A model generated the notes under the pieces. It saw nothing but the letters and a program-made list of their open reading frames with translations, searched no databases and was not told the origin of the DNA. Shown here piece by piece: positions 13,506-24,889 of a stretch of DNA of 64,000 nucleotides (its first letter is position 1; each line of letters starts with the position of its first letter). The DNA is taken from assembly GCA_051362555.1 (NCBI GenBank), contig CM120645.1:8122001-8186000 (forward strand). Reading direction: 5' to 3'. The position numbers were made by a program, and so were the translations under genes. The DNA comes from Lingula anatina. Lineage: Eukaryota; Animalia; Brachiopoda.

Positions 13506-14126
13506 TTGTAACTTACCCCAAGGTTGACTGAGATGGCTGACAGGTAATGCATGACGTGTCTTGTAAAAAATAAGATCATGTGCTATTTTTATTTGAAGTC
13601 TATTTATATTCAACGAATACATACAACTAACAACTATTTTTTATTTTACAATTTAATTTTTTTTAATTTGACATGGTAAGTCGTTCAGGTAAAAAAATGC
13701 ATAAAAAATCATTCTTAGACAAATACCAAGTTACCAGTAATGTCTCTTTAATTATAAAATGCTGCTAAAATGATGAGTTGTAAAATGAAGTTGAAAGAAA
13801 TCGAGCACCTGATTAAGAGGCAGTAGGGCCTACAACATTTCAATTAAAACGTTACAGCGCGTGTCTTTATTATACTGATTGCCAACTTTATTAACTACAC
13901 AGTTCTGCGCAATCAATTTCCATCGGTATCAGCAGCGATATCCTGATAACAAAACCGCTGCGGTGCAATCCTTTTATTTGGAATCAGCGTATCAATTGTT
14001 TACATTCCGATTTGATAACCTGAACATATTTGAACTTGGAATATGATAGAAAACAAACAGTAACGTGCTTTTTAGGCAAACGCACACACTCACGCGCGTA
14101 ATCGCTACATGTATCTCTCTCTCTTA

Positions 14127-14350
14127 GGGTGCATTCATAGATATTTAGATCGATCCAGAGATTAAGATTTAGATCGACCTAACTCCCTGGGGGTTCACGC
14201 TAAATTGCAGTCAGCCGAGCGCGCACCATAGTTAATGATTACCCTTACAGCTTTTAGTGGGCGGGGCAGACGCTTAAGCCGGCTAAGCTGACAGTACTAG
14301 TGAGACTCCCCACAGGGATAGATCGATCTAAAATCTATGGGAATGGGGTC
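14127..14350. mobile_element. PIF/Harbinger-like MITE, 'GATCGATC' family
   Basis: TTA on both flanks, imperfect TIRs (..CATAGAT..TTAGATCGATC / GATCGATCTAAAATCTATGGGAATGGGGTC). Internal CCTAACTCCCTGGGGGTTCACGCTAAATTGC is shared with copies at ~20815, 42792 and 43397. Confidence 0.75.
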
Positions 14351-14359
14351 TTAAACGAT

Positions 14360-14568
14360 TTGGGGGGGGGGGGCGGTTAGGGAGGTCCTGCCCCCCTTCG
14401 ATTTCTGAAAAAAAAATCACACCAATGGTCCCCTCTTGAAATTAAAATTTTGATTGGCTGAATCATAATTCTAAACCGTATCAAATGGCACCGTTCACCC
14501 TCTAAAATATCAATTTCACAGGGCCCCGAACCTCACGCTAGGGGAGGGGGAGGATCAGCTTCGTATCG

Positions 14569-14601
<33 letters not shown>

Positions 14602-14622
14602 ATAAACCTGGATCCGCCCCTG
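14360..14622 (-). mobile_element. hAT-like MITE remnant with poly-G/poly-C arms
   Basis: Ends CTGGATCCGCCCCTG (reverse complement CAGGGGCGGATCCAG), resembling the terminus of the element at 53375. Confidence 0.5.
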
Positions 14623-15475
14623 CATGTACACGCACAGATTTCTATTTCTATAACTGTTTACGCAGGACACAATCATCTAAATCTTAACAGATTAGAATAA
14701 TTTTATTCAACTTAACAAAGTTTTTTTCGATGTTTTGCACCATCATTATAAATATCAGAAATGTACAGAGACTTGCTTTTTAGCCAATTTAAAGATTCCG
14801 TCTTGCATCATTAAAACAGAGAATTGACATACAATGTTTTTACTCTTTCAATAATTTGAGCAAATGTAACTTTTACCTTAATCAATCAAAATATCGCACG
14901 TTTTCTGGAACCATAATGAAATAATACTTAAATCAATTTCCTCCAGCATACAATGTAGTACTTATGATTTGAATATTGCTTGGAAATTAAACAAAAGCAC
15001 TCATTTGCAATAGAAAACACAGAGCACACCGTATTACCCAAACAGCTACAAATCACTCTAACGCCATCTTGCCATTGTGGGTGCTTGGCGATTGCGATAT
15101 AGAAAGAAAGATAGGGGTGGGTTTAGGTTTAGTCTTCATCTTACCCCCCCCCCCCCCCAAAACCTACAGCTCCAAAAATAATTTAAGTATATAAAACGCA
15201 ATTTTGAGGGCCTCTGAGTCTGTCACTACCTTTTTGTAATGTTAGCAATATTAGGCCCATCTAGTTCCGCCAATAGGTAGGAAGAATTGAAATTTTAATT
15301 TCAACTAAAATTATAATTGCAATATTGCTAAATATAATCTAATTACATTTAACAAATTGCACGTGTCTACCTTTCAAAGTTAAAACAGACAAACACCCCG
15401 CTTGTTGTTCGTATTTAAAAAAAAAAAATATGGCACTACAAAAGGTTTTGCTCCCTTATAATGTGTTCATATTTT

Positions 15476-16312
15476 TCAGTCTTCTTTTTTTAAACTGCCA
15501 TTAGTTCGCTTGTTGTCTTCAGAATCCTCAAAATTCCAGTCTCTAGGGATAATCAATTGTTCTGTTTTCTTGTAAGTCCAATATGGCGTCATAACGAACG
15601 TCACCAAGGCCAACTCGGAGAAAAACATCACAAACACCGGCCACGGCAAGTGAGCCCATATGTTTTCCCAGTGACGGAATGACTGAATCCAAAGGTAAGT
15701 CTCCAAAATCGACCTGCAGTGGAAGACGTGAACTAGAATATACTGGTTGGCCTTCCATAAGAACGTATTGGCCCTTCCACATTTGAGTAGAATCCAGCAG
15801 AGGGCCGAAAATGGCGTCGACATCTCCAGAGCAACTCCTATCGCCCAGAAGTAATGGATGCTCCTGTACCTCAACACCATGACACAGCCCGTCAGAGCCA
15901 ACATGTGGTGGAGGTTCAGTAGCATGTTGCCCTGTCGGAAATAGAGATCGCAAAACAAGATGGCTGAGCACTCAAACAGAAAGAACCCAATGGAGACTAT
16001 GTTCGTGAACCAGGAGGTAGGCGTCGTGGCGTGTACGACATCTTTTATCATTTCTGTGTCCCACCATAACGCCCAGGCGCCAGAACACACGGCGTATACG
16101 CCGAACACCGCCCTCACCACCGAAAGGTTCCAAAATATCTTCTCTTTGAGACGCAGGTTGCGGTAGGTCCATGTAAGGGCTGCAAGAGACGCCGAAAGGG
16201 TGTAGATTCCGAGGAAGAAGAGAAAAGAGAGACCGATGATTTCCAGCTGCACTCTCGTTGAGGTATAATCTAATGTTTCCAGGGAAGGATGGATATTCCC
16301 TACAAAGCCCAT
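15476..16312 (-). CDS. CLN8: CLN8-like TLC-domain membrane protein, paralog B, 278 aa, intronless CDS, C-terminal KKED
   Basis: Same CLN8 motifs as paralog A. Start placed at GCC-ATG-G (16312), just after acceptor TTGTTGCAG at ~16326. Candidate 5'UTR-exon donor ACAG|GTAAAT at ~17916 (- strand). Canonical dilysine ER-retrieval signal. Confidence 0.92.
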   Translation of the reverse strand: MGFVGNIHPSLETLDYTSTRVQLEIIGLSFLFFLGIYTLSASLAALTWTYRNLRLKEKIFWNLSVVRAVFGVYAVCSGAWALWWDTEMIKDVVHATTPTSWFTNIVSIGFFLFECSAILFCDLYFRQGNMLLNLHHMLALTGCVMVLRYRSIHYFWAIGVALEMSTPFSALCWILLKCGRANTFLWKANQYILVHVFHCRSILETYLWIQSFRHWENIWAHLPWPVFVMFFSELALVTFVMTPYWTYKKTEQLIIPRDWNFEDSEDNKRTNGSLKKED

Positions 16313-16427
16313 GGCTGGAGATTTCTGCAACAATAAAATGTAGGGTGTGTTTATGTTATTTCTAATAGCTTTTGTATCTCAAATGTTAATTTCTCTCCAC
16401 TTTACCACAAGGTCGGCAACACTGGTA

Positions 16428-16599
16428 CCGGTGTAACAAAACTGAGGGTCTGTGTAACAGAATGTCCGCCCTCCATATAGTTATAATGGTTAGGGTTAGC
16501 CTGACCTAAGTGGATCAAAATCTAGGGCGAGGCTCACCTGTACAAATGAATGGGAAGCGGACTCTCTGTCATGGGGGACTCTCTGTCACGTTGCACCGG
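16428..16599. mobile_element. Small MITE with CCGGTGTAAC / GTTGCACCGG termini and internal GGTTAGGGTTAG
   Basis: Imperfect 10-bp TIRs and subterminal (T)GTCA/TAACAG repeats; target-site duplication not evident. Confidence 0.5.
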
Positions 16600-18325
16600 C
16601 TCCACATGAGAAAGTTTTATATTTAAGCGAAAGTGCCGTGTATATTCTTAGTGATTCTCTACAATAAAACTTGAACACCTAAAAGACAATTTCATGTTTA
16701 CTTTGTTCATTTTTGTTTTCCTTTGAGTTGTCATTTAGTAGGACTATGAAAATTTTCACATGGAAAGAGGCTTGGGCACGAGGCAGAGCATTCTTTTCCA
16801 AGTCATTGGCCCATAAAGGTAATCGGGTCAAGTTTTTGCGTTTTACTGCTCAATTATTTCTGGTAAGCATTTTCTTTTTCATTCAGCGTTTATAAATGCC
16901 TAGTAGAGTGTCGCTTTTCGGTTGAAGAAATAATGGAACAGTGAGAGACAAGAGTGGAAGGATTTATACAATAACAAAAAAAAAAAAAAAAAACGTTGGT
17001 CTCACTTTGAATGTTCTCTTCTTGGAACCCATCACAAACTTCACTTTGATTATTTTTTACAATACGGCATCTAATTGCCATTTCCAGAACTTCTTATGAA
17101 ATTGTGCAATTATCTTTCATCAGTGTCAGACTTAGTGCGTGCCTCCTCCGTATGTATAGCAGTATTGGAAAATGATTTGTAAATAATGTTTTTAAATCTT
17201 CTTATTATGAATTCAATCATTAGTAGTGGAAATCTTAGGGTATTTGTTTCAGTGCATAAATAATAATATTTACATATTGGAATTTAACACGTGTAAATAT
17301 CTTCAGATTGCATTTCACACCCTAGAAGTTCATATTTTATGTTCCTTGTTTCTAGCCTACATGTAGGACGAGTTGTATATAAGTAACGACGAACATGGTA
17401 TGGATATTGCCAGCGGTTAGAAAAATTATGATTTAATACCTGTTTGGGATATGGGGAGGAGACATTTGGGGTTTTGTGCAGCTTGTAAACGTCTGATGTG
17501 ACACTAACTCATTTGATATTACCTTTTTATACAGACAATACAAATTGCTGAAGTTAAAACCAAAATTTGACTTGGTACACGTATTTAATCAAATCCGCAC
17601 CGTTTAATACAAAATTTTATAAAAGTAAAACTCGAGCATATTGTCGTTTCATTTTCCCGATGGCTATCAATCCACAGACATTGTGATCCAATACCAAATT
17701 CTTAATTACTTATATTTTCCTAATCAATGGGAAGTATGGCTCCCGTCATTTTAATTATAACCGTATTAATAACTACAAAATAAATATTCACCTTGTTAAT
17801 ATTTGCCATTAGGAACATATTATACGCATAATGGCAATGTTTATATAGATAAACTCAGAATTGATCTAATGATATTGTATCATGTTAATTATAGATTGGA
17901 AGAAAATAAAATTTACCTGTTTGTAATGACTATAGTTTCCTGTGACAGCGTTTGATAGCACTGTTGGCACTGTCTACTCGAATGACAGCGTTCTTAGTGT
18001 CACCAACACCGCGGAGTTTTAATAAATAACACTTTGGGACTCCCTGATCCCAGACTGTCAAAACCTCCCCCTTTCACTGCACCTATAAAAGCGCTGCACT
18101 AATATTAGATTGTTCGTGTCACGGGGCTGATATTACATAACGAGATAGGGCACGGGATAAGAATTTTGAACTCTGACCGTCAATACAAGAGAAATGACAT
18201 ATTTATGTCGCAGCAATGCGCTTGAATTTATCTGTCATAGATTAGCGAGAAGCATTATCTTTTTAATAAAGCACTAATTGCTAATATTGTCAGATATCCC
18301 AAACGATGTGTAGGCCTAGGGCCAG

Positions 18326-18873
18326 CACGTGTGCATTAGTTTAAATTTTCGACCTGTGACCACGACAAACACGTGTTTTTTTGCCATCACAATCACATGA
18401 TGAAATATACTTTCATCAATCATTGTGCATTTGTGTGCGCTTGCGTGCGATTTATTAACCTGAATTCAAACGTAAATTATACCAATATATAGAGAGAGGT
18501 ATACTAGAGCTCATTGGTATAATTTTAGGCTGTCAAATATCATTTGATATTAGATTGTTCGTGTCACGTGGAATGATATGCTCCTGGTATCATTTTATTA
18601 ACATCAAATTTCACAAAAGGAACGGTTCTGACTGAACAATTCAACTGTATCGATGTTCTGACATTGCTTATTTTCCGCCTCTTCAGGTTAATAACTTTGA
18701 TTACTCTCGTTCAGGGGGTGACACTTCTATTGTCCAGTGTGTGTATATCTATCACGTGTCTACCTCAAATCCTCTCTGTGTTGCTTGGGGGGGGGGGGGG
18801 GGAGGGGCAGTCGCAGGTATCAGCTAGTAGGCCTACATGTATATAGAATACGCGCCAGACCCTAAATCACGTG
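18326..18873. promoter_or_regulatory. E-box (CACGTG/CACATG) cluster upstream of CLN8 paralog B
   Basis: CACGTG at 18326 and 18370, TCACATGA at 18393, GTCACGTG at 18563, TCACGTG at 18752 and 18867. Function is inferred. Confidence 0.45.
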
Positions 18874-19862
18874 TTCTCTTCTCGTCAGGTTCACAGTAAT
18901 TCAGATTAATAAATATATATATATATATATATATTATAGCTTATTTATTATACTTAAACTGGGGATTTATTTGAGTACAATTTGAACTATCTGGATCATA
19001 CTTCCTGACACCTGTACACTTGCTCCATATTTCACCCAGTAGAGTTGCCAGGATGACAGTACCCAATATGCGTATATATATATTGGTTTTATTTACAACA
19101 GAATAACGTACACCTATGAACCACGGGAGTCTGACCTCAAAATACCACAGAAATGATAATACAGAGAATTCGTGTAAATGCCTAGAGTTGACATAGGGCC
19201 GCCGTTCGCATCGCGTGTATTGCTTTTATGTAAGCGTAAAGGAGGGTCACGAGGAAACTAATGAAAAAAAGACAAAGGTAAAATCTGAGGAAGAGGTTCA
19301 AAATCATTCATCCCCCTTCCCCCAAAGAAATCATCCTCATAACTGTTATCTTCAAGACTTTTTTGATGTTTTTCCCACCAATAAAACCGGGATTTTATGA
19401 AGTGTTTACTTACTTAATTTATCCTCTTCGTGCAGCGTAACACACAAGGGCGTTAATAAAGACTCCCAGTGTTGTCTGTCCTAGGAACACATCGTTCTAT
19501 TTGTTCCCATGTCCATAACCCGCTTCCTTTTACCAAGAAATTACATATCTAACGCCTTGACTTTACAGACATAAAAGCTTGTGATGTTGTCGCGTACAGT
19601 ACCGGCAGCTGAGCGCCGAAACCTGAAAGGTGGTTTATTTACGGAGTTCATTGTCCGCTCTGTTCACAGACCCAAACCATTTGAAAACTGCGAGTCTGTT
19701 GGAAGGTTGAAGTTAGCCATGATATAAAATGGCATATTGTCACGTTACCATGCCGTAACTGTCAAAGTTAAAGAAGTTATTTCTGCTCTTTTCCAAGTAA
19801 AGCCTAGATTACATTTACACAGGCGCCGTGCGATGAAATTGTCCGTACAATTTTTTTTTAAT

Positions 19863-20812
19863 TTTAAAGCCTGGGTCCCAACCCAACGTAAGGGCTTCTA
19901 CGCCTGGTCTACGGCCCAAAAATTGGGGAAAACGTTGGATTTCTTGAGAAGCACGTCCATTGTGCAACTTTTGAAGGCCGCAGACAGCACGTAGAGATTT
20001 TTCAACATGCGTGCGGTCAACGAATTCTCAAAAAAAGAAAAAAAAAAAAAATGAGAAAAGTACGACATGCAAACGTGTAGCGTTCACCTGTCTTGCGCCT
20101 GTCGTACGGGACACGTAAGGAAATTTTTTTTTTCCCCACTGCGCTTGGGTGGCTACGGTGCGAGCGGTGCACGTGGTTAAGGCGCTCGATACACGTTCTT
20201 ATTGTTTGCTCACTCCGTGCTCACTCCGCACTTCCACGTGCCCACTGTGTGGACCTCACGGACTTCGTGCATTTGAGTGAGTAGTGCTCACTCCATTCGC
20301 ACGGACTGAGGGTTTAAAAGGAGGATCATTATTTCTGCCCTAGATGTCAAGTTTTAAAAATGCCTAAAAAGACAACAAAGAGCAAGAAGGGGAGAGGAGG
20401 AGGAAAGGGGACAAGTCAGGTATGATTGGGCTCAACATCTTTGAACACTGCTGCGAATATAATGATCTCCTCAAACATGCACTGCATTATACCCGCCCCC
20501 AAAAAATCTCAACACGCAAGAGTCGCGTGCAAAGGACGAGCAACAACCGTAGGAAAGCAGCAAGACTGCCCCATGTCCACTTATGTTGCCCTTGCGTTGC
20601 CCGTACTCCTAGTACGGATAACGTACGTAGTGCACGATGCTTGTACTTTGCATGCATGGGGCGCACGGGACACGTGGTACTTCTGACGTGCGGGGGCTGT
20701 GCTCCTCACGTACTTTCTACGCACTTTCTTCTTGCGCACTCCTTGCAATCACCAATTACTTGATTCCTTCCCCGCGATCTAGCTACGGCCCAGCCAGACA
20801 AGATGAACCTTA
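19863..20812 (+). mobile_element. Degenerate CpG-rich DNA-transposon remnant (Harbinger-like?)
   Basis: CpG-rich island dense in TACG/CACG/CGTA motifs, starting TTAAAGCCTGGGTCCCA, with a short basic ORF start MPKKTTKSKKGRGGGKGTSQ followed by CAG|GTATG at ~20360-20419. Ends not resolved. Confidence 0.35.
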
Positions 20813-21036
20813 AAAATCTACCTAACTCCCTGGGGGGGGGGGGTTCACGCTAAATTGCTATCAGCTCAAGAGGCTTAAATGCCTGTCACGCCCACTTATT
20901 CAGCTAGGGGTAAAGATAATTACCCCCGAACAGCTTTACTAGACGTGACAGTCATTTAAGCCGGTTAAGTTGATCGCAATTTAGTGAGACTCCCCAGGGA
21001 GATAGATCGATCCAAATATCTGTGGGAATGGTCTCT
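20813..21036. mobile_element. PIF/Harbinger-like MITE, 'GATCGATC' family (left end truncated)
   Basis: Shares CCTAACTCCCTGGGG..TTCACGCTAAATTGC and TAGTGAGACTCCCC..GATAGATCGATC..ATCTGTGGGAATGGTCTC|TAA with the other copies. Confidence 0.7.
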
Positions 21037-24000
21037 AAGAGGCTGACATCATTGTCGTGTACAATGAAAAAAATTCGCCGACCAGTAGCATTTGAATTAC
21101 CTACATTAAAGTGTTATTAAATTTAACGGGTCAGAGAACGAACCCATTTGCCCCGATGCACCCACATAATGATATGCCTACAAGTAAAACCGAACTGAAG
21201 TAAAGTGCAAAAAGATAAATTAGTATCAGGTAAATGAAATCTTAGGATAATTGTAGTAGGAGAAATATTTCTGAAGCAAATAAATTCAAAAGATAGATGG
21301 GGGAAAGTATGCCTTTACAACCATAATATTGATTAATATATGAAAAATATATAATATTCATTTATATGTTTTATTAAATCGATCCGCACATTGCTATGAT
21401 ATAGGCCTAACCGAAGCACTCCGTTTTGAGTACAAACGTAGTTTGACCTTAGAATTAATTATTAACTGCAGTAGACCCGGTGATATGGTGTGTGATGTAA
21501 TTTTCGATATAGTTCAAAGACAAGGGAATTGCCCAGCTGAAGTGTCTACTAGCCCTTTAACAGTCAATGTAATCTTTTGACCCGTGGCCATTTCTAATAT
21601 CACGGAAATCCCATGTTTTTTCACTCTTGATTCAAGTCCTTCTTGGAAAGCATTCATTTACCTATTGTTCACGTTGATAATTGGAGCTCGTTGATTAAAA
21701 CAAATAAAGATAACAGTAAAAAAAACCCTTTAATCTTTATTTGGTCTTGATTTCGATGAAGCACAGTCTTTCGCTGCCGTATACAGTATATAGGACCGTA
21801 AGCTTTTATCAATTTGATTAGTTCGGTCTTTTGGCCTACGTCGAGAGTTGATGCAAAGTGCGTTCACAAAGCATTTCATAACGTCAGGCCAACGATGGAT
21901 AGGTGATCAAGAATGATTGCATTCAGCAAGAGTCCCCGTTGAGTCGGTGGACCATAGCTGTTGCGGCCTAACTCATATTAAACGCCCCCTTACACCAGAT
22001 GTAGGCAACGTTGCGGCACGCGGAAAGGCGCAAGCTGTTTCAAATGGCGCACCATATCGGCAACAAGTGGGAGATGCTGGTCAGATTGGGTGCTCACGAG
22101 GATTAATATCTATGGGCTCATTCCCATTGAAACTATCGGTCTATGTAGATCGATCCAACTCAGCGGGGGCTCTCGCTGAAAATATATATAGAAATAAACT
22201 TTGGAAATTTCTATCCCCTTTTTTATCACCAAGACGTATCACATCCCAAACCGCTGAGAAAATTGCGATCTAGAAACCTCTTTTCGATGTCTAAATTTTA
22301 ATTACTACCGTCACGAGTGATAGTCACCTGTCTCAACATCTATGACAAGATTGACTCAAAAACCAGTACTTAAACCCTAATAGTGTGTCACCGGTGAAGG
22401 GTGCCTTTAATTGTTACAGAGGTGCCCTAGATAGTGCCACGCATTGCTACAGTTGCGACATACATACTATTGTAGTAATGTGTTTGGGGAGTGAGATACC
22501 TTTCTGAGTACCTAAAACCCCCAAAATAAACAAGGTAGACGTAAACAAACAAATGACGTATTTCGTCTCATGCGTAATTGTTTCTTCTTTAAGTTGTCGG
22601 TCTCTTTGAGATCTTCATTGTAATCAAATTATGAAAAATGTTAAGTAGTATCAGTTTCCCCACACATAATTAGCGTTAAGGGAATCCAAATATATCAAGA
22701 CGAAGTGGGCGTTTTCCCCTCAAATATAACACAATATTCAAATTGTATATTAATGGAAAACCAAAACCTCACATTCAGTGGTATTTCTTTTTGGAGAGTC
22801 AATCTTTTAACGATAGCTTCTCACCCCAGGGTATCTACTCACACAAATTTTAATCGAGTCGCGTTAAGTTTCATTAATATTTGACATTTATTAAAACATT
22901 ATTGTAAATAGTGAAATGCGATAATTAAAATAACATTTGAGGAAAATGATCATTAAGATGCACCTCCATGACCGCACTAGTGTAATCTGTACCTTAAAAT
23001 AGGTATCTGCACACACATATCAAGCATCAAAGTTTAATTTCACGTATAAAACATTAGATTTATTCAGTATCCAATTAAACAATGATAACAGAAATACGTA
23101 TCAAGAGTCCTTGTAAATCATTTTATTACTTTTAACTGCTTACAAACATTTTTCAATAATCTTGATGACTATCTGATTTCCAAGAAAAAATCTATACCAT
23201 GCACATTTTGATGAAGACCAGATATATATTTAGGGCTCTTCAATTCATATTCTCACGGTATCAATACATTTTCCATTTGAATAAAACATCAAATGCATTG
23301 GAATTGGTTTGCAACTAAAATGTGGCTGAACTGTCAATTTCCTTTTAATGTCCTTCCATTCTGAATTCCTGAGGGGGAAAAAACCATCTGAAATATGTGC
23401 TATTGCCTTTGTTCTGCCAGATAGCTTTGCAAAATTTATGGACCCAGCTTCTGGAAGAAAATTTGGCCTACACCAAACGTTTGAGTCCATTTTGGCCCAT
23501 AATCAGTAATAGCTCATTGTCACTAGCCATGTGTTTCAAACAACTTTTGTTTCTTGAAATGAGCCCAATATGCGTAAGTGACTGGCTACTTATCAACTGT
23601 CCAAATATTTTAACTTAAAGTTACTTTTCAGCTTATACCACCTTGTGAAACCTGCCCATGGAGTAAACTGAAACTATATATAGAAAAAGGCATCTGATAC
23701 TCATTACACATGTCAGTTTCAGACTTAAGTCAACGAACCCCATTCAGTTGACAAGAGAATCAGAATTCAACTTTGAGATACATATTAGTACCCATATGAA
23801 TGGTAGTAAAATAATTAATACACATGCATTTAATATATGAATTGCAAGTATATTCCATTAGAAATACTTTTTTTTACTGAGATGCTGCTCATATGCATTA
23901 ACCGATGGATGAAACTGGACGAAATTCCAAGTATAAGGCTCACTCTGGCTTCCAGTGTATGACATCAAACTTATATATAAACACAATAAGAGTTTGTACT

Positions 24001-24173
24001 TGAAACATATTAAGGTTACCCTGCCTCAATATATCAAAATGAACCCCTTTCAAGTATGAGACTTGCCCTATTAATAATAAATAAATGCCAATAAAGTTTG
24101 AAAGTATTTGGATTCCATACTGAAACACAGGGAAAGTGATTAAAATTGGAACTCTCCCAAGAATGAAGTATGA

Positions 24174-24205
<32 letters not shown>

Positions 24206-24889
24206 CCCAACAGGGCCTTCAGGTCTCCAGGACCTAAGAATCCAATAGACCATAGCAGTAACTAAACAAAAATATTACGTAACTAGCCAAACTTCAATTT
24301 TACTGGCTCTCAGCAACGCACCAATGTTGATGATGCAGACTAAAAAAAAAAATTAAGTAAATATACAAATAAATAAATAAAATTAAATAATGAATAAATA
24401 AATACAGATTGTACTGGCTCAACAAGCTTGTCAACTCATATCCTAATTTCTTCTTTTAGTATGTCTGTTAATGGCCCATTGTTTAAGAAGGAACATGTCA
24501 TTGCAATAGTTCGTACACAAAGCTCATCGTACAGGAATAAGTCACCTACTAATACAATAATAACATGCATGAACTTTGATAAAAGATTCATATTTCCAAT
24601 TCGTAAATTGCACATTAGCTCTTCTACTACTTGACTAAACCAACAATTTCCTGACAGCTTTCAGCTTTATTGTCCCCCAATCATTCATATTCATATTGAC
24701 ATAATTCTGAGGTAGGCCTTGGACCACGACATCCTCAAGCAAGGAAAAATGTTCCAACTGCTAGTGTTCAGAGAACTGAAAAAGTTGTCCATTAAACTGG
24801 CTCTGCAGGCCAAAACATGAATTGCTGCCGTCTTGCTCGTCATCACAAAATACTTGGCCTCAATGTGGTCAACCAATCACGGGTGTTTC

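Noticed and set aside
16313-16333. N-terminal extension MLQKSPA of CLN8-B in the ORF track
   Set aside because: It starts at a non-ATG codon upstream of a splice acceptor; the paralog alignment supports ATG 16312.
19075-19230. Possible SINE/LINE 3' tail on the minus strand (AATAAA then (TA)n)
   Set aside because: Single copy in the window with no recognisable head or TSD; cannot be supported.
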